This document shows positions 56,138 to 64,000 of a stretch of DNA of 64,000 nt, in pieces; within the stretch, counting starts at the first letter, position 1, and each line of letters opens with the position of its first letter. This DNA is from Bacteroidia bacterium (GTDB lineage: Bacteria > Bacteroidota > Bacteroidia > M30B66): contig OZ257142.1 of assembly GCA_965279035.1 (NCBI GenBank), positions 1,152,001 through 1,216,000 of the forward strand, written 5' to 3'. The position numbers and the translations under genes are program-made. Below the pieces are notes generated by a model. That model did no database searches. It was not told where the DNA came from and was given only the letters and a program-made list of their open reading frames with translations.

Positions 56138-59100
56138 ATGAAACAACTTATAATAGCGTTTAGTCTTTTCAAAACACAATCAAAGAAACACTTGATTTCT
56201 TTGATCATTACAAGCATTTTCATTTTCATTTTTTCATCCAATTTAAATTCTCAAAACCAAGCAAACAATTGGTATTTTGGAAATGGCGGAGGTATTTCAT
56301 TTAATTCAGGATCACCCATTGCTTTTGGAAATAGTGCATTAAATTCAGCCGAAGGAGTTTCTTCCATTTCCGATGCCTCGGGAAATATTCTAATGTATAC
56401 CGATGGCTTATCCTTGTTCAATCAGAATGATATCGTAATGCCGAATGGATCTGGATTACAAGGAGGTAATTCTTCTAGTCAATCGGCTGTAATTATCCGT
56501 AAACCTTTAAGTAACAATCTCTATTATTTATTCACTGCTGATCAAGATGCACAACCAGATGGCATTCGATATTCCATAGTGAATATGTCGCTAAATGGTG
56601 GCTTGGGTGATATCACTGCTACGAAAAATGTGCTTCTTCATACTCCAGCTACAGAGAAGCTAACTGCAGTAATGCATTGTAATAAAAGAGATGTATGGAT
56701 TATTGCTCATGGCTGGGGCGATAACGATTATATGGCTTGGCTTCTAACACCTGCCGGCCTTACTACAACCCCAATTACTTCATCTGTTGGGGCAACACAA
56801 GATCAATCAGTCATTGGTTGTATGAAAGCCTCTCCCGATGGAAAAAAATTGGCTTTTGCAGTTTATGATTTGGGAGGTCAACATTATGTTCAGTTGTGCG
56901 ATTTTAATCCTTCAACAGGAAGTGTTTCTAATCCTATCATCATAAATACTGCAGGTAATTGTTATGGTGTTGAATTTTCTCCAAACAGCAAATACCTTTA
57001 TTATACTGGTTGTTCTGCATCCGCTTCTTCTACAATCAATATTTATCAAGTTGATCTATGTGCAGGTTCGAATGCTGCTATAACAAGTTCTTCATCTATT
57101 GCAGGTGGTTCTTCAGTAGGTTTTATTAGAACTATTCAATTAGGTCCCGACGGAAAACTTTATTTTTCACGATTTGGTCAGAATTCGATTGGTGTTATTG
57201 ATTTTCCCAATTTACCAGCTCCTGCGTGTGGGTTTAATGTAAATGGTGTAACATTAAGTTCCGGGGCAATTTGTAAAGCAGGTCTTGCAAACTTTAACCA
57301 AAGTTTTTTAAAACCTCAAATTCCATTTACAAGCAATGCTGTTTGTTTAAATGTTGATTTTTCGGCAGATGATATAGTGAATGCTGCATCATGTCATAAT
57401 GCTGTACAGTCGATCAACTGGAATTTTGGTGAGGCAAGTTCTGGATCTTCTAATACATCTACTGCTCAAAATCCAACTCATTCCTATGCTTCTCCTGGAA
57501 CATATTCTGTCCAACTAATCGTTCATTATTCCTGCAATAACGATACACTCATTCAATCTGTTGACGTGAATTGTGGACCACAAGTGCATGTTAATGATGC
57601 CATTGTTTGTTCTGGTTCGTGTGCCTCAATTCAAGCTACAACTGTTGGAGGAACACCACCTTATACATATACATGGACCAATGGAATTCCCACTGGTAGC
57701 GGACCTCATTCTGTTTGTCCTTTAGTTAATACTCAATATATAGTTACTGTTACCGATGCTTCTGGTCAAACAGATAAGGATACAGCAAGCATAACAGTTA
57801 GTTCGGTACCAATTCCAACGATCAATTCTCAAGCAGTTTTATGTCAAGGTGGAAATTCGGGCAGTGCTTCAATTATACTTTCGGGAGGTCCTTATACTTA
57901 TCAATGGGTTGGTTATCCTGCATTATCAGGTTCCACACAAAATAGTTTACAAGCAGGAACATATCCTGTTATTATCAGTAATTCGAATGGTTGTACTCGA
58001 AATGCATCCATCACAGTTACGCAACCTTTAGCATTAACAGCAAGCATTTCAACAACAAATACAGGCTGTAGTTTGCCAAGTGGATCAGCTACAGTGAATG
58101 CAAGTGGTGGCGTTTCACCTTACTCTTATTCTTGGACTGGATATGCCGGTACTGGAAATACATTAAGCTCCATCTCCGCAGGTACTCATTCTGTAACAAT
58201 TACTGATGCAAATTCTTGTTCAATAACGTTAACGTATACTATAAATTCATCCAGCGGACCAACGCTTTCGTTACAAGAATTACAGGCTGTTAGTTGTTAT
58301 AACGGAAGTAATGGAAGTTTAGCAATGAATGTTGTTGGAGGTCTAGCACCTTATACTTATCAATGGAGTAGTGGACAAACAACAGCTCAACTAAATGGAC
58401 TCAGTTCTGGAACTTATACGGCAAGTGTTACTGATTTGAATGGTTGTGTCGCAACGGCAAGTCAAACTTTAATGAATCCGATTGCTTTAAACACCAATGT
58501 TACTTCTCAATCTGCTACTTGTAATCTAGCAAATGGTAGTGCTTCTTTGAATGTATCTGGTGCTGTTTCTCCCATTCAAATTCAATGGTCGACCATTCCA
58601 GTTCAATTTGGGTCAGTCGTTAATAATCTCTTACCTGGAAATTATTCTGTTCTCGTTACGGATGGCAATGGCTGTAGTCATAATTCTTCATTTTCAATTA
58701 CAAATCTTCCAGGGGCTCAAGTTTCAAGTTCTTCTACTTCCGTTTCATGTTTTGGATTGAACGATGCAACTATCAATCTTTCAGTAATAACACCCGATTC
58801 GTATCAAGTTCAATGGAATACAGGACAAACTGGAAGTCAATTAAATCAAATTGGAGCTGGAACCTATACTGCAACTGTTACTACTTCGGTTGGTTGTGTT
58901 AGTTCTGTAACTGAAGTGATCTCAAATCCATCACCGCTACAATTAAGTTTTTCTAGTATTTCAGCTAGTTGTGGATCTGCCAATGGAAGTGTTTTAGCAA
59001 CAGTAACAGGTGGAACATCACCTTATATATATGCTTGGACAGGAAATTCAAGTGTTAATTCTAATTCACTTTCAGGTATTCTAGCTGGAACTTATCCTCT

Positions 59101-62100
59101 AACTGTAACGGATTCCCATGGATGTTCTATTTCAGGAAATGGGAGTGTGAGTTCGATGAATGGTCCATCAATTCTGATTTCTAGTCAACAAGATCCAACA
59201 TGTTTTGGAGCTTCAACTGGATCTGCCAGCGTAACAGCCACTGGCTCAGCTTTACCATTGAGTATTCTTTGGTCAAATGGAACTAGCGGATCAAGTGTTT
59301 CTGGGTTAGTAGCTGGAAATTATTCAGCGGTAGTAACTGACGCAAATGGCTGTCAGAGTTCTGTTTCTCTCACATTAAATCAACCATCATCCATAACCAG
59401 TATAGTCTCAACCAATCCGACTATTTGTAACGCTTCCAATGGTTCTATTCAGTTAAATCTTAATGGAGGAACACTTCCTTATACTATTAACTGGGTAGGA
59501 CCATCAGTAGCTACAGGCATCAACCCAAGTGGTTTGCTTACAGGGAATTATATCGCAAATATTACCGATGCCCATGGTTGTACTGCTTCTGCTTCAGCGA
59601 ATGTCGGTTCTCAACTTCCACCTCAAGTTTCTATTTCTGAAACTCAAGTCATTTCTTGTCCTAATGGAAGCAATGCCCAATTACTTGCACAGGTTACGAA
59701 TGGTCAATCACCCTTTTCCTATCAATGGAATACTGGACAAAGCGGTAGCTCACTTTCCAATTTAAGTTCAGGATCGTATTCAGTTACTGTTACTGATGCT
59801 TCTGGTTGTTCTGCAACGAGTTCTCATGTTTTAACTGCACCCGCTTCGTGGAATATCAGTAATCAAATCAGCTCATCCACCTGCGGAAATCCAAATGGAG
59901 CCATTCAGTTGTCCATTTCTGGAGGAAGTTCACCTTATACGTGCACTTGGTCAAGCGGACAAACAGGAACACTTGTCAATCAACTTACTAGCGGAGTTTA
60001 TTCGGCTACCATTATAGATAATCATGGTTGTTCGACTAATTATTCTGGTACCGTTAACGATTTAGGTGGAGTACAATTATCGATTACTAACCAACAGGAT
60101 GCATCGTGTAATGGTTTAGCAAACGGATCTGCAACGCTGAGTATATCTGGCGGAACGGCTCCATACACTATTTCATGGCCTGACGGAAGTCAACTTACAC
60201 AACGAAATAATCTTGCAGCAGGAACATATAACGTTAATGTGACAGATGCATCAAGTTGTCAAAGTTCGGTAGCGATCCACATAAACGAGCCTGCAGCGAT
60301 TTCAGGAAATATCCAAACGACCAATGCAAGCTGTGGATTGGCAAATGGTACGGCTACTCTTTCATTATCAGGCGGTGTAGCACCTTATACTTATCAATGG
60401 AGTAATGGACAAACTGCTTCTTCAACATCAGCTCTTGCTGGAAACATTGGAGTGTTAGTGACCGATGCTCAAGGTTGTTCGCAGAATTTTGTTGCAAACA
60501 TTGGTTCTGCTCAAGTTTTATCTGCAACGATTTCCCAAACACATCCTATTTCTTGTCCTGGCGGAAATGATGGAGAGCTTAATCTTCAAATTTCTGGTGG
60601 TGTTGCACCCTATGCCTTACAATGGTCGACCGGTGAATCGAGTTTAGCAATTACGACGCTTTCTGCAGGAAACTATTCGGTAAATGTGACTGATGCTACT
60701 GGTTGTAGCAGTAATGCTAGTTTTCAAATTTCAGAACCTAGCAATTGGTCTGTTCAAGCAATTACCACTTCTTCAACCTGTGGTAATGCCAATGGTTCTC
60801 TCCAATTAACTGTTTCGGGGGCAAGTGCACCATATTCCATTATGTGGTCTAACAGCCAGACTGGATTATCTGCCAATCAACTACTTGCAGGAACATATAC
60901 CGCTTCGATTAGTGATGCTTTGGGTTGTTCAACTTCTTCTACTTATTCAGTTGCTGATGCTGGTGGATTACAGCTTTCTGTAAGTAGTCAATCAGATGCC
61001 CATTGTGCAGGCACTTTGGATGGTATTGCTCAAGTTCAAGCTGTTGGCGGAACAGCTCCTTATATGTATCAATGGTTTGATGGATTGAATGCAAGTCAAC
61101 GTGCTGATCTATCCGCAGGAAATCATCTTGTAACTGTAACCGATGCTAATGGATGTTCTGCTTCTACCCAAGTTTTAATTTCAGAACCTTCTTCCTTGGA
61201 TGGAATTTTAACAATTAATGATGGTACCTGTGGATTAGCCAATGGTTCAGCCAGCATTCAAGCCAATGGAGGAACCTTGCCTTATTTTTATTCTTGGACT
61301 AATTCATCTGTTTTACCAACAATAACAGGACTTTCTACCGGTTCTATAGGTGTATTAGTTACGGATGCGAATGGCTGTCAGAGGAATTTTATTGGAACAG
61401 TTGGAATGGCTCCGGCGCTTCAAGTGGCAGCAACAGTTACACAATCAATTTCCTGTTTTGGTGGATCAAATGGAGAAGTTCAACTCAGTGGTGGTTCGAA
61501 TCTACTTGTTAACTGGTCAAACGGACAAACAGGAATGAACCTACAAAACGTATCAGCTGGATCTTATTCAGCAATTGCAGTTGATGCGGGAGGATGTTCA
61601 GATACGATAACTGTCAGTCTTAATGAACCAGCAGCCTTATCCGGACAATTAAACACTCATGATGCTACTTGTTTTCTAGCCGATGGTGATGCATCTCTTC
61701 AAGTTGCAGGTGGTACATCGCCGTATGTATATTCTTGGTCGAATGGTGCAAATGTGCAGAGCGTTTCTAGTTTAAGTGCGGGCGATTTTTCTGTTCAAAT
61801 TACAGATGCAAACGGGTGTCAAATCAGCCTTTCTGGAACAATTTCCTCACAACAAAACTTGCAAATTCAGTCGATACAAGTAATTGATGCTAGTTGTGCA
61901 GGTTCAAGTGATGGAAGTGCCAATGCGACAATCATTGGTGCCGTTGGAAATGTTACTTGGAATTGGTCGAATGGAAACACAAGTCAACAAGCAGTTAATC
62001 TCAATGCAGGTACTTATCAGGTTGAGGTTTCGGATGCTGCAGGCTGTTCGGTTACACAAAATTTTACCATACAACAACCAATTTCTTTAAGTGCAACTGT

Positions 62101-64000
62101 CAATAAAATAGATGTTTCATGTCATGCTCTTTCAGATGGTCGAGCACATGTTCAAGTAATTGGAGGAACTTTACCCTATACGTATTCTTGGGATGGATTG
62201 ATTGGATTGGATAGCACGAATCAACTCATAGCTGGATCGCATCATGTTTCTGTTACTGATCAACATGGTTGCAGTGTTCAAGTTGATTTTACAATCGATC
62301 AACCCGAAGTATTACTAGCAGAAATCCAAACTACTCCATCTGTTTGCGGATTGCCCAATGGTAGTATGATCGGATTAGCCCAAGGAGGAACAGCTCCATA
62401 TCACTATTCGTGGAGCACTGGGGAAAATCTATCTCAAATTGCAGGACTTACTAGTGGAGCATATAATTTATCCGTTAGTGATTCACACGGTTGTACTTCA
62501 TCAATCATAAAATCATTTCAAGATCCAGGTTCTCCTGTAGTTTCCTTGATTCATGCCCAACACATTGCCTGTTTTGGAGGTGCCGATGGTTCAATTGAAG
62601 TGACAGCTCAAGGTGGAACAGGAAATCTCCAATTGAATTGGCTGAATGTGAATTCGGAGAATGATAGTTTGAATGGGCTTAGTTCGGGTTCATACACTGT
62701 TATTGTTAGTGATGAAATAAATTGTAAAGACACATTAACAATCGAATTGACTCAACCCGATGCATTAGCTATTTCGCATAGTTCGATAGATGTTCGCTGC
62801 TTTGATGGTTCTGATGGTTCAATTCAATTAAATCCTACGGGAGGAACTCAACCCTATACTTATCTATGGTCAGGAAGTACCAATGCATTTGTAGCACAAG
62901 AATCTATAAATCAGCTTTCGGCTGATGAATATCATGTTTTGGTGATTGATGCCCATGTATGTCAGATAGAAGATACCATTCAAATCACTCAACCCGAACT
63001 ACTGAGCACAACAATCCATACATTACCTGCTCGTTGTTTCGGTGAAGCGTCAGGAGAAATTATCGCTCAAACGAATGGTGGAACTTTACCTTATACTTTT
63101 CAATGGAGCACAGGTGATCAAACAGCCAATGTAGATAGTTTACTTGCTGGAAATTATCAATTATTAGTAAGTGACGTACATGGCTGTGTATTTTCAGTTC
63201 AAGCTCAGGTACTTCAACCAGATGAACTTATAGCTAGCATTGGAGGAACAACCAAGTTATGTAAAGGAGATTCTGCATTATTAACTGCTTCGGCTATTGG
63301 TGGAACTTCTCCTTTTTCTTATCAATGGACTGCAGGAATTGCTCAAGACCAATATACTTGGAATGCTGTTGAAACGCATGTAGAACAAGTCATTGTGCAA
63401 GATTCAAAAGGGTGCACCGATACAATTTCCAACGAATTGCTTGTTTATGAATTACCCATTGCTGAAGTTGTGAGTGCTCAAACATCAATCTGTGCAGGAA
63501 CCTGTGTTGATTTTAGTGCTGCCCCAGTCAATGGGGGAACCTATGTCTGGAGCGATTCTCAAAACAGGATTCATACCGGGCAAACAGTAAGTTTTTGCTA
63601 TGATGATGCAACAACTGTTGGAATGACGTTGCAGGTTACCGACAATCATGGATGTGAGAATCGTTGGACAGCCAATTCCTATTTAACAGTCCATCCATTA
63701 CCGGAGATTGGTTTTGAACCAGATCATTTTACCATTCCATTGCTACAAGCCTTGGTTCATTTTGAAAATACTACAACTGGAGCATTGAGTTATATCTGGG
63801 ATTTTGATCCAAGAACAAATGGACTTAATAGTACCGATATTTCACCGTCCTATCAATACACCGAGATTGGCGATTATCCAGTTACATTAATTGCTACCAA
63901 TGAATTTGGATGTTCAGCTCAATTGCAAAGAACGATAACAGTCAATGAAGATTTTGCTGTTTATTTTCCAAGTGCTTTTACTCCCAATGCGGATGGGTTA
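56138..64000 (+). CDS. Large T9SS type-B cargo (SprB-repeat adhesin-like): propeller-like head, PKD, about 24 SprB-like repeats, Ig/PKD domains and the start of the type B CTD; at least 2621 aa, truncated by the window edge
   Basis: ATG 56138 (MKQLIIAF...SQNQANNWYFG). The same frame reads as coherent protein to VYFPSAFTPNADGL at 64000. It is absent from the ORF track, consistent with having no in-window stop. Confidence 0.9.
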   Translation, partial: MKQLIIAFSLFKTQSKKHLISLIITSIFIFIFSSNLNSQNQANNWYFGNGGGISFNSGSPIAFGNSALNSAEGVSSISDASGNILMYTDGLSLFNQNDIVMPNGSGLQGGNSSSQSAVIIRKPLSNNLYYLFTADQDAQPDGIRYSIVNMSLNGGLGDITATKNVLLHTPATEKLTAVMHCNKRDVWIIAHGWGDNDYMAWLLTPAGLTTTPITSSVGATQDQSVIGCMKASPDGKKLAFAVYDLGGQHYVQLCDFNPSTGSVSNPIIINTAGNCYGVEFSPNSKYLYYTGCSASASSTINIYQVDLCAGSNAAITSSSSIAGGSSVGFIRTIQLGPDGKLYFSRFGQNSIGVIDFPNLPAPACGFNVNGVTLSSGAICKAGLANFNQSFLKPQIPFTSNAVCLNVDFSADDIVNAASCHNAVQSINWNFGEASSGSSNTSTAQNPTHSYASPGTYSVQLIVHYSCNNDTLIQSVDVNCGPQVHVNDAIVCSGSCASIQATTVGGTPPYTYTWTNGIPTGSGPHSVCPLVNTQYIVTVTDASGQTDKDTASITVSSVPIPTINSQAVLCQGGNSGSASIILSGGPYTYQWVGYPALSGSTQNSLQAGTYPVIISNSNGCTRNASITVTQPLALTASISTTNTGCSLPSGSATVNASGGVSPYSYSWTGYAGTGNTLSSISAGTHSVTITDANSCSITLTYTINSSSGPTLSLQELQAVSCYNGSNGSLAMNVVGGLAPYTYQWSSGQTTAQLNGLSSGTYTASVTDLNGCVATASQTLMNPIALNTNVTSQSATCNLANGSASLNVSGAVSPIQIQWSTIPVQFGSVVNNLLPGNYSVLVTDGNGCSHNSSFSITNLPGAQVSSSSTSVSCFGLNDATINLSVITPDSYQVQWNTGQTGSQLNQIGAGTYTATVTTSVGCVSSVTEVISNPSPLQLSFSSISASCGSANGSVLATVTGGTSPYIYAWTGNSSVNSNSLSGILAGTYPLTVTDSHGCSISGNGSVSSMNGPSILISSQQDPTCFGASTGSASVTATGSALPLSILWSNGTSGSSVSGLVAGNYSAVVTDANGCQSSVSLTLNQPSSITSIVSTNPTICNASNGSIQLNLNGGTLPYTINWVGPSVATGINPSGLLTGNYIANITDAHGCTASASANVGSQLPPQVSISETQVISCPNGSNAQLLAQVTNGQSPFSYQWNTGQSGSSLSNLSSGSYSVTVTDASGCSATSSHVLTAPASWNISNQISSSTCGNPNGAIQLSISGGSSPYTCTWSSGQTGTLVNQLTSGVYSATIIDNHGCSTNYSGTVNDLGGVQLSITNQQDASCNGLANGSATLSISGGTAPYTISWPDGSQLTQRNNLAAGTYNVNVTDASSCQSSVAIHINEPAAISGNIQTTNASCGLANGTATLSLSGGVAPYTYQWSNGQTASSTSALAGNIGVLVTDAQGCSQNFVANIGSAQVLSATISQTHPISCPGGNDGELNLQISGGVAPYALQWSTGESSLAITTLSAGNYSVNVTDATGCSSNASFQISEPSNWSVQAITTSSTCGNANGSLQLTVSGASAPYSIMWSNSQTGLSANQLLAGTYTASISDALGCSTSSTYSVADAGGLQLSVSSQSDAHCAGTLDGIAQVQAVGGTAPYMYQWFDGLNASQRADLSAGNHLVTVTDANGCSASTQVLISEPSSLDGILTINDGTCGLANGSASIQANGGTLPYFYSWTNSSVLPTITGLSTGSIGVLVTDANGCQRNFIGTVGMAPALQVAATVTQSISCFGGSNGEVQLSGGSNLLVNWSNGQTGMNLQNVSAGSYSAIAVDAGGCSDTITVSLNEPAALSGQLNTHDATCFLADGDASLQVAGGTSPYVYSWSNGANVQSVSSLSAGDFSVQITDANGCQISLSGTISSQQNLQIQSIQVIDASCAGSSDGSANATIIGAVGNVTWNWSNGNTSQQAVNLNAGTYQVEVSDAAGCSVTQNFTIQQPISLSATVNKIDVSCHALSDGRAHVQVIGGTLPYTYSWDGLIGLDSTNQLIAGSHHVSVTDQHGCSVQVDFTIDQPEVLLAEIQTTPSVCGLPNGSMIGLAQGGTAPYHYSWSTGENLSQIAGLTSGAYNLSVSDSHGCTSSIIKSFQDPGSPVVSLIHAQHIACFGGADGSIEVTAQGGTGNLQLNWLNVNSENDSLNGLSSGSYTVIVSDEINCKDTLTIELTQPDALAISHSSIDVRCFDGSDGSIQLNPTGGTQPYTYLWSGSTNAFVAQESINQLSADEYHVLVIDAHVCQIEDTIQITQPELLSTTIHTLPARCFGEASGEIIAQTNGGTLPYTFQWSTGDQTANVDSLLAGNYQLLVSDVHGCVFSVQAQVLQPDELIASIGGTTKLCKGDSALLTASAIGGTSPFSYQWTAGIAQDQYTWNAVETHVEQVIVQDSKGCTDTISNELLVYELPIAEVVSAQTSICAGTCVDFSAAPVNGGTYVWSDSQNRIHTGQTVSFCYDDATTVGMTLQVTDNHGCENRWTANSYLTVHPLPEIGFEPDHFTIPLLQALVHFENTTTGALSYIWDFDPRTNGLNSTDISPSYQYTEIGDYPVTLIATNEFGCSAQLQRTITVNEDFAVYFPSAFTPNADGL
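57830..63220 (+). repeat. Array of about 24 SprB-like repeats of about 75 aa (about 225 nt) within the adhesin
   Basis: Unit consensus C-x-G..G......GG..PY.Y.W..G......L..G.Y.V.VTD..GC........QP, translated by hand. Confidence 0.85.

Noticed and set aside
57065-57073. tRNA T-loop-like GGTTCGAAT (also at 61493-61501)
   Set aside because: Both lie inside the adhesin coding frame (Gly-Ser-Asn) with no cloverleaf around them.
57849-62090. Short ORFs listed in the track inside the final 8 kb
   Set aside because: They are alternative-frame or antisense fragments within the single long adhesin ORF starting at 56138.
57830-63220. Regularly spaced repeats as a CRISPR array or mobile element
   Set aside because: The repeats are degenerate, conserved at the protein level and in frame; there are no identical direct repeats with unique spacers and no cas, transposase or integrase genes in the window.

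Overview
AT-rich chromosomal window from a Bacteroidota bacterium, judged by the T9SS translocon sprA, T9SS cargo proteins and TAnnTTTG -7 promoter boxes. It is mostly core genes: ALDH/deoC, gcvH, sprA, ruvA, maeB, cobB, crcB, obgE, peroxiredoxin, uvrC, rnr, glpD, an RluA-family enzyme, sppA and folK. I found no rRNA, tRNA, CRISPR array or mobile element. Most notable: (1) a compact five-gene operon (14359-17479) encoding a pre-pro helical-hairpin membrane protein, a LolA-fold periplasmic protein, an exported YidD-like protein and two paralogous TPR/TM2-like membrane proteins, which may be an uncharacterised envelope trafficking or assembly system; (2) an exosortase paired with a miniature PID-CTERM substrate; (3) a tandem two-domain D-Ala-D-Ala ligase with asymmetric active sites; (4) a Flavo-1-like structured RNA with a competing alternative helix upstream of a cold-shock gene; (5) a SprB-repeat T9SS type-B adhesin of at least 2621 aa, missing from the ORF track, with higher-order repeat periodicity; (6) a non-canonical PolX. 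All functional calls come from motif recognition by eye; no searches were run.
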